Source: Burkholderiales bacterium
GTDB lineage: Bacteria > Pseudomonadota > Gammaproteobacteria > Burkholderiales > SG8-39
Length of the DNA: 64,000 nt
Reading direction: 5' to 3'
Assembly: GCA_023383795.1 (NCBI GenBank)
Contig: JAHDYJ010000007.1
Coordinates: 9,363 to 73,362, forward strand
Shown: positions 8,909-18,934 of the stretch, piece after piece
Numbering within the stretch: the first letter of the stretch is position 1
Layout: each line of letters begins with the position of its first letter
Translations under genes and position numbers: made by a program
The notes under the pieces: model-generated
The model's database searches: none
What the model was told of the DNA's origin: nothing
The model's input: only the letters and a program-made list of their open reading frames with translations

Positions 8909-9535
8909 ATGCAGAACTCCGGGGAGCTTGCCTACTGGAACGAGCGCTTCGGCGGCGCGCACTACCACTACGGCACCGCGCCGAACGCCTTCCTCGCGAG
9001 CCAGGCGCATCTGCTGCGCCCCGGGATGAGCGCGCTCTCGGTCGCCGACGGCGAGGGGCGCAACAGCGTCTGGCTCGCCGGGCAGGGGCTCGCGGTCACC
9101 GCCTTCGACTTCTCGCCGCCCGCGGTCGAGAAGGCGCGCAAGCTCGCCGCCGAACGCGGCGTCGCGGTCGACCACCGCCTCGCGGACATCTACGCGTGGG
9201 ACTGGGACGCGCGCGCGTACGATCTCGTCGTCGCGATCTTCATCCAGTTCTCGCCGCCGGCCGAGCGCGCGCAAGTGTTCGCCGGCCTGCGGCGCGCGCT
9301 GGCGCCGGGCGGCCTGCTCCTCCTGCAGGGCTACACGCCGCGCCAGCTCGACTACAAGACCGGCGGGCCGCCGCACGCCGAGAACATGTACACCGAGGCG
9401 CTCCTGCGCGAGGCGTTCGGCGGGCTCGAGATCGCGCACCTCGTCGAGCACGACGACGAGATCCACGAAGGCGCGCGCCACAGCGGCATGTCGGCGCTCG
9501 TCGACCTCGTGGCGCGCAAGCCCGCGCGGGGATGA
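8909..9535 (+). CDS. Class I SAM-dependent methyltransferase
   Basis: Last 208 aa of track ORF 6458..9535, starting MQNSGELAYWNERF. Shows ALSVADGEGRNSVWLAGQG..FDFS and LAPGGLLLLQGY. Confidence 0.7.
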   Translation: MQNSGELAYWNERFGGAHYHYGTAPNAFLASQAHLLRPGMSALSVADGEGRNSVWLAGQGLAVTAFDFSPPAVEKARKLAAERGVAVDHRLADIYAWDWDARAYDLVVAIFIQFSPPAERAQVFAGLRRALAPGGLLLLQGYTPRQLDYKTGGPPHAENMYTEALLREAFGGLEIAHLVEHDDEIHEGARHSGMSALVDLVARKPARG

Positions 9536-9548
9536 CGGCGGGGCGCCG

Positions 9549-10931
9549 TCAGGCGGCGAAGATCTTCCCGGGGTTCATCAGGTTCTGCGGGTCGAGCGCG
9601 GCCTTCACCGCGCGCATGACCGCCACCGACTCGCCGTGCTCGGCCGCGAGGAACGCGATCTTGCCGGCGCCGATGCCGTGCTCCCCGGTGCAGGTCCCGC
9701 CCATCGCGAGCGCGCGGTGCACCAGGCGCTCGTTCAGCGCCTCGGCGCGCGCGAGCTCCCCGGCGTCGCCGGGCTTCACCAGCACGAGCAGGTGGAAGTT
9801 GCCGTCGCCGACGTGGCCGACGATGGGAACGACGAGGCCCGACGCGTCGATGTCGCGCCGCGTCTCCACGATGCACTCGGCGAGCCGCGAGATCGGCACG
9901 CAGACGTCCGTGATGAGCGCCTTCGAGCCGGGCCTGAGCGCCATGCCGGCGTAGAGCGTGTTGTCGCGCGCCTGCCACAGGCGGCTCCGCTCCTCGGGCC
10001 GCGTCGCCCACTGGAACCCGAGCCCGCCGCGCTCGCGCGCGATCTCGCCCAGCATCCCGGCCTGCTCGGCCACGGCGGCCTCGGTGCCGTGGAACTCGAA
10101 GAAGAGCGTGGGCCGCTCGGCGTAGTCGAATCCCGCGTGCGCGTTCACGCCGCGCATCATCACGTCGTCGAGCAGCTCGATCCGCGCGACCGGGATGCCG
10201 GACTGGATCGCCGTGATCACGGTGCTCACCGCATCGGCGAGGGCCGGGAAGGCGCACACCGCCGAGCTGATCGCCTGCGGCACCGGATGCAGCCTGAGCG
10301 CGATCTCGGTGATCACGCCGAGCGTGCCCTCCGAGCCGACGAAGAGGCGCGTCAGGTCGTAGCCCGCGGCGGACTTGCGCGCGCGCGTCCCGGTGCGGAT
10401 CACGCGTCCGTCGGCGAGCACGACGGTGAGGCCGAGCACGTTCTCGCGCATCGTGCCGTAGCGCACGGCCATCGTGCCCGAGCCGCGCGTCGCGGTCATG
10501 CCGCCGAGCGAGGCGTCGGCGCCGGGGTCGATCGGGAAGAAGAGCCCGGTGTCCTTGACGTAGGCGTTCAGCTGCTTGCGCGTGACGCCCGCCTGCACGC
10601 GGCAGTCGAGGTCGTCCACGTTGACCTCGAGCACGCGGTTCATGCCGCCGAGGTCGATGCACACCCCGCCGCGCACCGCCCCGACGTGCCCCTCGAGCGA
10701 GGTCCCCGTGCCGAAGGCGATGACCGGCGTGCGGTGCTTCGCGCAGAGCCGCACGATCTCGGCCACCTCCTCGGTCGACTGCGGGAAGACGACCGCGTCG
10801 GGCGGCTGCGAGGGGTGGTAGGACTCGCCCTGCCCGTGCCGCTCGCGCACCGCCGGGTTGGTGGACAGGCGCTCGCCGAGCAGCGGCGCGAGGGCGGCGG
10901 CGAGCGACCGCTCGACGGACTCGACAGGCAT
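9549..10931 (-). CDS. FAD-linked oxidase (GlcD / D-lactate dehydrogenase family)
   Basis: C-terminal 460 aa of track ORF 9549..11450, starting MPVESVERS at 10931. Shows FPQSTEEVAEIVRLC, GTGTSLEGH, GTCTGEHGIGAGK. The upstream part of the track ORF is junk. Confidence 0.85.
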   Translation of the reverse strand: MPVESVERSLAAALAPLLGERLSTNPAVRERHGQGESYHPSQPPDAVVFPQSTEEVAEIVRLCAKHRTPVIAFGTGTSLEGHVGAVRGGVCIDLGGMNRVLEVNVDDLDCRVQAGVTRKQLNAYVKDTGLFFPIDPGADASLGGMTATRGSGTMAVRYGTMRENVLGLTVVLADGRVIRTGTRARKSAAGYDLTRLFVGSEGTLGVITEIALRLHPVPQAISSAVCAFPALADAVSTVITAIQSGIPVARIELLDDVMMRGVNAHAGFDYAERPTLFFEFHGTEAAVAEQAGMLGEIARERGGLGFQWATRPEERSRLWQARDNTLYAGMALRPGSKALITDVCVPISRLAECIVETRRDIDASGLVVPIVGHVGDGNFHLLVLVKPGDAGELARAEALNERLVHRALAMGGTCTGEHGIGAGKIAFLAAEHGESVAVMRAVKAALDPQNLMNPGKIFAA

Positions 10932-11066
10932 CACGATCTCCCGTTGAACGCTTGCGAGGGGGGCGCGCGGACCGGCATCGCAGCGCGCCGAGGCCTCAAG
11001 GATAGGCGGTCGCCGCCGGTCGCGCTCGGCGCGCCGGGCGGCGTCGGTATGACTCCCTAAGTATGA

Positions 11067-11095
11067 TTGACCGGCGCGGCCGGGCGTCCAATACT
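11067..11095 (+). promoter_or_regulatory. Candidate sigma70-type promoter for the hybrid kinase gene
   Basis: TTGACC (11067-11072), 17-nt spacer, AATACT (11090-11095), 32 nt before ATG 11128. Pattern match only. Confidence 0.3.
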
Positions 11096-11127
11096 GGGCG
11101 ACTTCCGGGCGGCTGTGCGAGGCTTCG

Positions 11128-13401
11128 ATGCCGCGGCACGCGATACCGTTGGACGGCGAGGTCGGCCGGCTGGAGCGGTCGGGGGCGCAGCTCGAGCGTG
11201 CGCTGAAGGCGTCGCGCGCGCAGCAGGCCGCGACCGCCGAGATCCTGGGGACGATCAGCCGCGCGCCGACCGACCTCGGCCCGGTGCTCGACACCATCGT
11301 CGCCCACGCCGCCCGGCTCTGCGAGGCGCACTTCGCGTTCGTCATGCTGAACGAGGGCGGGCGGCTCGCGCTCGCGGCGCACACCGCCTGCACGCCCGAG
11401 TTCGTCGAGTTCCTCAAGGGCGGGAAGGCGCCGAGCCGCGCGAGCACCACCGCCCGCGCGGCGCTCGAGCGCCGGCCGGTTCAGGTGCCCGATTTCCAGG
11501 CGGAGCCCGGCATGGTCGTCACCGACGCGCACCGCGTCGAGAACGTGCGCACCGTCCTCGCCGTGCCCATGTGCCGCGGCGATGCGCTGCTCGGCGTGTT
11601 CTCGGTCTGGCGGCGCGAGGTGCGGCCCTTCTCCGACGAGCAGGTCCGCCTGCTCGAGACCTTCGCCGACCAGGCGGTTATCGCGCTGGAGAACGTCCGC
11701 CTCCTGCGGGAGCTCGAGGCGCGCAACGGCGAGCTCACCGAGGCCCTGGACCGCCAGACCGCGATGGCGCAGATCCTCGCGGTGATCAGCAGCTCGCCCG
11801 CCGATGCGCGCCCGGTCTTCGAGACCATCGTGCGGAACGCGGTGACGCTCTGCCGGAGCCGCTTCGCGAACGTCTTCCTGTACGACGGCGAGCTGCTGCA
11901 CTACGCGGCCAGCCACAACACCGGGCCCGACTACGTCGAGCTGCTTCGCGCCAAGTACCCGATGCGCCCGGACCGCTCGCAGGTGTCCGGGCGGGTGGTG
12001 CTCGCCGGCGCGGTGGTCCGGGTGGAGGACGTGAGCGTCGATCCGGAGTACGACCAGCGCTTTCCGGCGGCGATGGGCTGGCGGCGGATGCTCGGCGTCC
12101 CGATGCTGCGCGAGGGCCGGCCGCTCGGCGCCGTCGTCGTCGGCTGGGCGGAGGCCGGACCGGTGCCGCGCGCCCGGGAGGAGCTGCTGCAGGCCTTCGC
12201 CGACCAGGCCGCGATCGCGATCGCGAACGTCAGGCTGTTCGACGAGATCCAGGACAAGAGCCGCCGGCTCGAGCTCGCCAACACGTACAAGTCGCGCTTC
12301 CTCGCCGCGGCGAGCCACGACCTGCGCCAGCCGCTGCACGCGCTGAACCTGTTCGTCGCGCAGCTCAAGGCCGAGCGCGATCCCGCCGCGCAGGACCGGC
12401 TCGTGGCGCGCATCGACGCGGCGGTCGATGCGATGAACGAGCTCTTCGATGGTCTGCTCGACATGTCGAAGCTCGACGCCGGCGTGCTCGAGGTCCGCCC
12501 GACCGAGTTCCCGGTCCAGCAGCTCCTCGCGCGCATGGAAACGACGTTCGCGGCGGCCGCGCGCGAGAAGGGGCTGCGGCTGCGCGTGGCGCCGCGCCGC
12601 GTGTGGATCCGCAGCGACTTCAGCCTGCTCGAGCGGATCCTGCTCAACCTGGTGTCGAATGCGGTGCGCTACACGACGCGAGGCGGCGTGCTGATCGGCT
12701 GCCGCCGCCGCGGCGGCGAGCTGCGCCTGGACGTGCTGGACACCGGCCCGGGCATCCCCGCCGACCAGCGGCGCAACGTCTTCGGCGAGTTCTACCGGCT
12801 CGCGCCGCCGGAGCCGGCTCGACGCGGCGGCCTCGGTCTCGGACTCGCGATCGTCGAGCGGCTGGGCGAGCTGCTCGGGCACCCGGTCGAGCTCGCCTCG
12901 CGGCTCGGCACGGGATCGCGCTTCTCGGTCTCGGTGCCGCAGGCGCCGGCGCGCGGGTTTTCGGCGGAGCCTCCCGCCGCGGCTGCCGCGTTCGCCGATC
13001 CGCTGCGCGGCAGGTTGATCGTCGTGATCGACGACGACGCGCTGGTGCTGGACGGCATGCGCGGGCTCCTGCGGAGTTGGCGCTGCGAGGTCGTGGCCGC
13101 GAGCTCGGGCGCGGCCGCGCTGGCGCGGCTCGCCGAGCTCGGCCGGCCGCCCGACGCGATCGTGTCCGACTATCGGCTGGCCGACGGCGCGAGCGGCATC
13201 GACGCCATCGCCGCCCTGCGCGGCGCGCTGGGCGTCGCCATCCCGGCGTTCCTCATCAGCGGCGACACGGCGCCCGAGGGGCTGCGCGACGCCCGCGCGA
13301 GCGGCTATCTGCTGCTGCACAAGCCGGTGCCGCCGATCGCGCTGCGCGCCGTGCTCGGCCGGCTTCTGGCCGCGCGCGCGACGCCGCTCGCGGCCGCGTA
13401 G
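11128..13401 (+). CDS. Hybrid sensor histidine kinase: coiled coil, two GAF domains, HisKA, HATPase, receiver
   Basis: Track ORF, 757 aa. Two repeats of the ..ILxxISxxPxDxxPVxxTIVxxAxxLC.. GAF-type block. H-box FLAAASHDLRQPL, N/G boxes LVSNAVRYT and DTGPGIP..GLGLGLAIV, C-terminal receiver VIDDD..SDYRLADG..LHKP. Confidence 0.9.
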   Translation: MPRHAIPLDGEVGRLERSGAQLERALKASRAQQAATAEILGTISRAPTDLGPVLDTIVAHAARLCEAHFAFVMLNEGGRLALAAHTACTPEFVEFLKGGKAPSRASTTARAALERRPVQVPDFQAEPGMVVTDAHRVENVRTVLAVPMCRGDALLGVFSVWRREVRPFSDEQVRLLETFADQAVIALENVRLLRELEARNGELTEALDRQTAMAQILAVISSSPADARPVFETIVRNAVTLCRSRFANVFLYDGELLHYAASHNTGPDYVELLRAKYPMRPDRSQVSGRVVLAGAVVRVEDVSVDPEYDQRFPAAMGWRRMLGVPMLREGRPLGAVVVGWAEAGPVPRAREELLQAFADQAAIAIANVRLFDEIQDKSRRLELANTYKSRFLAAASHDLRQPLHALNLFVAQLKAERDPAAQDRLVARIDAAVDAMNELFDGLLDMSKLDAGVLEVRPTEFPVQQLLARMETTFAAAAREKGLRLRVAPRRVWIRSDFSLLERILLNLVSNAVRYTTRGGVLIGCRRRGGELRLDVLDTGPGIPADQRRNVFGEFYRLAPPEPARRGGLGLGLAIVERLGELLGHPVELASRLGTGSRFSVSVPQAPARGFSAEPPAAAAAFADPLRGRLIVVIDDDALVLDGMRGLLRSWRCEVVAASSGAAALARLAELGRPPDAIVSDYRLADGASGIDAIAALRGALGVAIPAFLISGDTAPEGLRDARASGYLLLHKPVPPIALRAVLGRLLAARATPLAAA

Positions 13402-13412
13402 CGACCACCTTC

Positions 13413-14072
13413 CTAGCCCGTCCGCGGGCCGAGCCCGAGCGCGCGCGCCGCGACGACCGCCTCGGTGCGGTTGGTCGCCTTCAGCGCCCGCAGGATCGCC
13501 GTGACGTGGTTCTTGACCGTCGGCTCGGCGAGGTCGAGCGCCCGGCAGATCGCCTTGTTGCTCTTGCCCTGCATCAGCAGCGCGAGCACCTCCAGCTGCC
13601 GCTCGGTGAGCGCCGGATCGGCACCCGCGGTGCCGGGCCGCGCGGCCCCGCGCTCGCCCGCCCGATGAGCGAGGATCTCGGGCGGGATGTACATGCCGCC
13701 GGCGAGAATGAGGTTGAAGGCGCTCAGCATCACTTCGCGCGGCGCCGACTTCGGAATGAAGCCGCTCGCGCCGAGCTCGAGCGCCCGGGCGACGCTCTCG
13801 CGGTCCTGCCGGCCCGAAAGCACGACGACCGACGTCGCCGGATGGCGCTCGCGCAGCTCGGCGAGGACCTCGAGGCCGTCGCGGTCGGGCAATCCCAGGT
13901 CGAGCAGGACGAGGTCGACGTCCGGATGCCGCGCGATCTCCTGCGCCGCCTGCCGCCAGTTCGCCGCCTCGACGACGCCCGCACCTCCCCTGAGCTCCGC
14001 GCGCAGCTCCCCGAGCACGCCGCGCAGCGCGTCTCGAACCAGCGCGTGATCGTCGACTACGAGCACCTTCAT
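13413..14072 (-). CDS. NarL/LuxR-family response regulator
   Basis: Last 219 aa of track ORF 13413..14357, starting MKVLVVDDHALVRD at 14072. Receiver DLVLLDLGLPDRDG; C-terminal HTH LTERQLEVLALLMQGKSNKAICRAL..TVKNHV. Confidence 0.9.
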   Translation of the reverse strand: MKVLVVDDHALVRDALRGVLGELRAELRGGAGVVEAANWRQAAQEIARHPDVDLVLLDLGLPDRDGLEVLAELRERHPATSVVVLSGRQDRESVARALELGASGFIPKSAPREVMLSAFNLILAGGMYIPPEILAHRAGERGAARPGTAGADPALTERQLEVLALLMQGKSNKAICRALDLAEPTVKNHVTAILRALKATNRTEAVVAARALGLGPRTG

Positions 14073-14253
14073 GCGCGGAGGCCCCGCCGGGAGAGTCCGC
14101 TCGAAGAATACTTTAGTACCGGGACCCATGCACCTGCGGGCGGCATCCGAAGCGGTCGTCGCGACCGCGGTAGCAGGACGCCTGACTGATTTTCCCGGCC
14201 CGCGCGCGCTGCCACACTGGGCTCGTCGTTCGCACGCTTGTGGAGGCGCAGAC

Positions 14254-14709
14254 ATGGAAACCCTGCTGACGGCGATCGTCACGTGGCTCGCGGTCAATTT
14301 CAACCTGCCTGCGGTATACGAGCATCCCCGCATCGAGCTGGCGTCCGCGGAGACCATGCACGCCGTGCGCTACCGGCGACCCGGCGCGACCCATGCGCAG
14401 CCCGCCGCCCGCACGGTACGGCCGGGCCAGCTGCCCGAGGTCGAGGCGCTCTACGACGACGCGACCCGCACGCTCTACCTGCCCGAGGAGTGGACGGGCC
14501 GCACGCCCCGCGAGCTCTCGGTGCTCGTGCACGAGATGGTCCATCACTTGCAGAACGCGGCGGGCCTCCGCTACGAGTGCGCCCAGGCGCGCGAGAAGCC
14601 CGCCTACGTCGCGCAGAGCCGCTGGCTCGAGCTCTTCGGCCGCACGCTCGGTGAGGAGTTCGGGATCGATCCGATGACGGTGCTGGTCCGCACCGCGTGC
14701 ATGCACTGA
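14254..14709 (+). CDS. Small HExxH-motif protein of unknown function (paralogue 1)
   Basis: ATG 14254 (METLLTAIV..) preceded by GGAGG. 151 aa; motif [10 protein letters not shown]. Shares blocks with the next gene. Confidence 0.6.
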   Translation: METLLTAIVTWLAVNFNLPAVYEHPRIELASAETMHAVRYRRPGATHAQPAARTVRPGQLPEVEALYDDATRTLYLPEEWTGRTPRELSVLVHEMVHHLQNAAGLRYECAQAREKPAYVAQSRWLELFGRTLGEEFGIDPMTVLVRTACMH

Positions 14710-15269
14710 GCGGCGCGCGGAGCGTCCCCGTGAACCGGACCCAGGGCCGTCTGTGGGCGGCTGCGGTGGCGGCGCTCTGCGCCGGCGCCACCGCGCCATC
14801 GGGCGCGTTGAATGGCGCCTCCGAGCGCGCCGCCGCGCTGCGGCACGATCCCCGCTTCATCCTCGAAGCAGTGGCCCGACGCATGGGCATTCGTCTGCGG
14901 CCGGAGGTCCCGCTTCCCGCGATCCGCCTCGAGAGCCGGACGCCGCTTGCGCGCCTGCAAGCCGCGGCCGAGCGCGAATGGGGATTCCGGCCGCGCGCGT
15001 TCGTCAGCGTCTATGCGCCGGCCGGAAACGCGATCTACCTGATCGACGATGCGACGCACTACCGCCGGCACGGCGGGACGCCGGACGACTCGCTCGCACA
15101 CGAGTTCGTGCACTACCTCCAGGCGGCCTACCGCCGCGACGCGCTCGATGCGGACTGGGTGGAGTCCGAGGCTGTATCGGTGCAAACATGGTTCCGGAGC
15201 GAGTACATGGCGCCGAAGCGGCTCGCCGCCCGGCCCGCGCCGCGGGCCCGGCCGGAAACCGGGCGCTGA
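14697..15269 (+). CDS. Small HExxH-motif protein of unknown function (paralogue 2), probable signal peptide
   Basis: Track ORF, 190 aa, overlapping the upstream gene by 13 nt. N-terminus [20 protein letters not shown]; motif [10 protein letters not shown]. Start not certain (an in-frame GTG lies further in). Confidence 0.55.
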   Translation: MHALSGARSVPVNRTQGRLWAAAVAALCAGATAPSGALNGASERAAALRHDPRFILEAVARRMGIRLRPEVPLPAIRLESRTPLARLQAAAEREWGFRPRAFVSVYAPAGNAIYLIDDATHYRRHGGTPDDSLAHEFVHYLQAAYRRDALDADWVESEAVSVQTWFRSEYMAPKRLAARPAPRARPETGR

Positions 15270-15352
15270 GCGCCCCGGCGCGCGACGGCGCACATGCGGC
15301 CGTCAGCTTGTACACTCGACCGCACCTGCACCTCGGTTGCGGAGGCCGCGAA

Positions 15353-15883
15353 GTGCGACTGGACGCCATTCCCGTCGGGAAGAATCCGCCCGACGACGTC
15401 AACGTGATCATCGAAGTGCCGGTCGGCGGCGAGCCGATCAAGTACGAGCTCGAGAAAGCCTCCGGTGCGCTCTTCGTCGACCGGTTCCTGTACACGCCGA
15501 TGCGTTATCCGGGAAACTACGGGTTCGTCCCGCACACCCTGTGCGGCGACGGCGATCCGCTCGACGTGCTGGTCGCGAACACCCGCGCGCTCGTACCGGG
15601 CTCGGTGATCAGCTGCCGCCCGGTCGGCGTGCTCGTGATGGAGGACGAGGCGGGCCCGGACGAGAAGGTCATCGCCGTGCCGAGCCACAAGCTGACCAAG
15701 CGGTACGACTCGGTGAAGACGGTCGCCGACCTGCCCGAGATCACGCGCAGCCAGATCGAGCACTTCTTCGCGCACTACAAGGACCTCGAGCCCGGCAAGT
15801 GGGTCAAGATCGTGCGGTGGGGCGACGTCGCCGAGGCGCGTCGCTTCGTCGCCGAGGCGATCGAGCGCGGCAAGGCGCCCTGA
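15353..15883 (+). CDS. ppa: Inorganic pyrophosphatase (family I)
   Basis: GTG 15353 preceded by [51 protein letters not shown] are classic family I PPase blocks. Last 176 aa of track ORF 14753..15883. Confidence 0.92.
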   Translation: MRLDAIPVGKNPPDDVNVIIEVPVGGEPIKYELEKASGALFVDRFLYTPMRYPGNYGFVPHTLCGDGDPLDVLVANTRALVPGSVISCRPVGVLVMEDEAGPDEKVIAVPSHKLTKRYDSVKTVADLPEITRSQIEHFFAHYKDLEPGKWVKIVRWGDVAEARRFVAEAIERGKAP

Positions 15884-15958
15884 GACGTTCTTTTCCCGGA
15901 TAATCTCCCCACGGCCGGCCTGCCCGGCCCGATCCGCACGATCTCCTGGGAGGCCGGC

Positions 15959-17137
15959 ATGAACGAAGCCGTCATCGTCTCGACCGCCCGCACCGCGCTC
16001 ACCAAGTCCTGGCGCGGTGCGTTCAACAACACCCACGGGGCGAAGCTCGGCGGCTACGCCGTCAAGCACGCGCTCGAGACCGCCGGCGTCGCGCCGGCGG
16101 AGGTCGAGGACGTGATCATGGGCTGCGCGCTGCCGGAGGGCGCCACCGGCTCGAACATCGCGCGGCAGATCGCGATCCGCGCCGGCTGCCCGGTGCGCAC
16201 GCCCGGCGTGACGGTGAACCGGTTCTGCTCGTCGGGCCTGCAGGCCGTGGCGATGGCCGCGCAGCGCATCATCGCCGGCGAGGGTGACATCTTCGTCGCC
16301 GGCGGCGTCGAGTCGATCTCGTGTGTCCAGAACGAGATGAACAGGCACATGCTCGCGAACGACTGGCTGCTGCGGCACAAGCCGGAGATCTACTGGCCGA
16401 TGCTGCAGACCGCCGAATACGTCGCGAAGAAGTACGACATCGGTCGCGAGGCGCAGGACCGCTATGGCGTGCAGAGCCAGCTGCGCGCGGCGGCCGCGCA
16501 GAAGGCGGGCAAGTTCAAGGAGGAGCTCTTCCCGATCACCGCGCGCATGAAGGTGGTCGACAAGGAGACGGGCAAGGAGAGTGTCCGCGAAGTCCTCGCC
16601 GACCGCGACGAGGGCATCCGGGCCGACACCACCTACGAGGGCGTCGCGCAGATCAAACCGGCGGTCGAGGGCGGCGTGATCGCCGCCGGCAACGCGAGCC
16701 AGTTCTCCGACGGCGCCGCGGCCTGCGTCGTGATGAACGCGAGGCTCGCCGAGCGCCGCCATCTCGCGCCGCTCGGCGTGTTCCGCGGCTTCGCGGTCGA
16801 GGGCTGCGAGCCCGCCGAGATGGGGATCGGCCCCGTGTACGCGGTGCCGAAGCTCCTCAACCGAACCGGCCTCGGGATGGACGACATCGGGCTCTGGGAG
16901 CTGAACGAGGCGTTCGCCGTGCAGGTGCTCTACTGCCGCGACAGGCTCGGCATCCCGGACGAGATCCTCAACGTGAACGGCGGCGCGATCGCGCTCGGGC
17001 ACCCGTACGGCGTCAGCGGCGCGCGGCTGGTCGGCGCGGCGCTGCTCGAAGGCAAGCGCCGCGGCGTGAAGCACGTCGTCGTGACGATGTGCGTCGCCGG
17101 CGGCATGGGCGCCGCCGGGCTGTTCGAGGTGCTTTGA
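15959..17137 (+). CDS. Acetyl-CoA C-acyltransferase (thiolase)
   Basis: Track ORF, 392 aa. Active-site blocks [41 protein letters not shown] before the ATG. Confidence 0.92.
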   Translation: MNEAVIVSTARTALTKSWRGAFNNTHGAKLGGYAVKHALETAGVAPAEVEDVIMGCALPEGATGSNIARQIAIRAGCPVRTPGVTVNRFCSSGLQAVAMAAQRIIAGEGDIFVAGGVESISCVQNEMNRHMLANDWLLRHKPEIYWPMLQTAEYVAKKYDIGREAQDRYGVQSQLRAAAAQKAGKFKEELFPITARMKVVDKETGKESVREVLADRDEGIRADTTYEGVAQIKPAVEGGVIAAGNASQFSDGAAACVVMNARLAERRHLAPLGVFRGFAVEGCEPAEMGIGPVYAVPKLLNRTGLGMDDIGLWELNEAFAVQVLYCRDRLGIPDEILNVNGGAIALGHPYGVSGARLVGAALLEGKRRGVKHVVVTMCVAGGMGAAGLFEVL

Positions 17138-17206
17138 TTCGCCTCGCCATCCCCGCGCAGACCGTGATCCATGTTCGCGTAGAGAGCTCATGACCTCTGA
17201 CCTGGA

Positions 17207-17224
17207 TTCCCGCTTGCGCGGGAA
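17207..17224. repeat. REP-type hairpin TTCCCGC-TTGC-GCGGGAA
   Basis: 7-bp perfect stem, 13 nt before the GTG of the next gene. Same core as the hairpin at 55151-55170. Translates to the familiar IPAQAGI-type spurious peptide in track ORFs. Confidence 0.7.
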
Positions 17225-17236
17225 CGACAAGCAACC

Positions 17237-18787
17237 GTGCCATCGCTGAGCCTCGGCGAAGTCCTGCGGGCGAGCGCGGCGCGCAACGCGCGCCACGAGG
17301 CAATCGTCGACGGGGCGCGCCGGATCACCTACGCCGAGCTCGACGGTCGCGTCGACCGGCTGGCGCACGCGCTCGCCGCGCGCGGCGTGCGCGGCGGCGA
17401 CGTCGTCGCGGTGCTCAGCCTCAACGGGCACGAGCTGCTGGAGGCCTATTTCGCCTGCGCGCGGCTCGGCGCGGCGATGTGCCCGCTCAACCCGCGCTCT
17501 TCGGCCGAGGAGGTCGCGTGGACGCTCGGGCACGCGGGCGCGAGGCTCGTCCTCGCCGAGGCCGAGCTGCAGGGCGGACTCGAGCGCGCGGCCGATGCGA
17601 TCGAGCTCGGCGTCGTGGTCCACCGCGGCGAGCCGGCGCGCCCCGGGTGGGCGCGCTACGAGGCGCTGATCGAGGCCGCGCCGGGCGCGCCGTTCGCCGG
17701 GCCGGAGCCGCAGGCCGACGCGCCGGTGCTGCTCCTGTACACGCTGAAGGGCCAGGGCGAACCGCTCGGCGCGACGCTCAGCCACGCGAACGTGCTCGCG
17801 GACACGCTCACCGCCCTCACCTACGCGCGCCTCGACGCGCGCGACCGCGTGCTGCAGGGCATGCCGCTCAACCACGTCGCCGGGCTGCACATCCTGACCA
17901 TCGCAGCGCTCGTCCAGGGCGCGACGGTGGTGATCGCACGGCAGTGGCGGCCGGACATCGTGTGCGAGCTCGTCGCGCGCGAGCACTGCACGATCACGGT
18001 CATGGTGCCGACCGCGTTGCGCCAGCTGCTCGAGAGCGAGGCGCTGGCGCGCGCCGACCTGCGCTCGCTCACGCGGGTGATCGGCGCCGCCGGCCAGTAC
18101 GACCGCGCGCTCTTCGCCGAGGCGCTCTACCGCCTGCGCCTGGAGCAGATGCTGTTCGGCTACGGGCTCACCGAGGCCTCCCCGATCGTCACCGTCGCGG
18201 CGACGAGCGCCGAGACGCTCTGGAAGGAGAACGCGCTCGGCTGGCCGGTCTGGTACAACCGCGTGCGCCTCGTCCGGAGCGACGGCACCGACGCGCCGCC
18301 GGGCGAGTCCGGCGAGATCCGGGTCAAGGGCCCCAACGTCTTCCTCGGCTATCACGACGCGCCGCTCGCCACGGCTGCGGCGCTCACGCCCGACCGGTGG
18401 CTGCGCACCGGCGATCTCGCGACGATGGACGCCGAGGGGTGCCTCTTCTTCGCCGGGCGCCTCGGCGCGAGCATCAAGTCGGGCGGCGAGAACGTCGACG
18501 CGATCGAGGTCGAGCAGGCGATCCTCGCGTGCGCGCCGGAGGTGCGCTCGGCCGCGGTCGTCGGCCGGCGCGATCTGAAGTGGGGCGAGCGGGTGATCGC
18601 CTGCTGCACGCTGCACGCCGGCCGCACGCTCGATGCCGCCGAGCTCGGGCGCCGGCTGCGCGAGCGGCTGGCGGGATTCAAGCTGCCGCGCGAGGTGCAC
18701 TTCCTCGACGCGCTGCCGCTCACCGAATCGGGCGCGATCGATCGTGCGCGCCTGCATGCGCTGCTCGATGGCGCGGTGCGCAAGTGA
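17237..18787 (+). CDS. ANL-superfamily (acyl-CoA ligase-like) protein with degenerate core motifs
   Basis: Track ORF, 516 aa (GTG start). Keeps GYGLTE, GEIRVKGPNVFLGY, RTGDLA, GRLGASIKSGGENV. However, the P-loop reads YTLKGQGEPLG and the C-terminal Lys position reads SGAIDR. Confidence 0.8.
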   Translation: MPSLSLGEVLRASAARNARHEAIVDGARRITYAELDGRVDRLAHALAARGVRGGDVVAVLSLNGHELLEAYFACARLGAAMCPLNPRSSAEEVAWTLGHAGARLVLAEAELQGGLERAADAIELGVVVHRGEPARPGWARYEALIEAAPGAPFAGPEPQADAPVLLLYTLKGQGEPLGATLSHANVLADTLTALTYARLDARDRVLQGMPLNHVAGLHILTIAALVQGATVVIARQWRPDIVCELVAREHCTITVMVPTALRQLLESEALARADLRSLTRVIGAAGQYDRALFAEALYRLRLEQMLFGYGLTEASPIVTVAATSAETLWKENALGWPVWYNRVRLVRSDGTDAPPGESGEIRVKGPNVFLGYHDAPLATAAALTPDRWLRTGDLATMDAEGCLFFAGRLGASIKSGGENVDAIEVEQAILACAPEVRSAAVVGRRDLKWGERVIACCTLHAGRTLDAAELGRRLRERLAGFKLPREVHFLDALPLTESGAIDRARLHALLDGAVRK

Positions 18788-18836
18788 AGCTGCAGCGGCT
18801 CACGGCGCGGCTGAGCTCTCGCACCCCCCACCCCTG

Positions 18837-18858
18837 CCCTTCCCCTTAAGGGGGAGGG
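18837..18858. repeat. GC-rich palindrome CCCTTCCCCTT/AAGGGGGAGGG (member of a CCCTCCCCC..GGGGGAGGG hairpin family)
   Basis: Read directly. Lies between convergent genes 17237..18787(+) and 18935..19600(-). Confidence 0.6.
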
Positions 18859-18934
18859 TCCCTTCTTCCCGCGCCCTGATCTTGTCGCCCGCCCGGCGGA
18901 GAGCGGGCCCGCGCGGGGGCCGAGCGCCCTGGCG

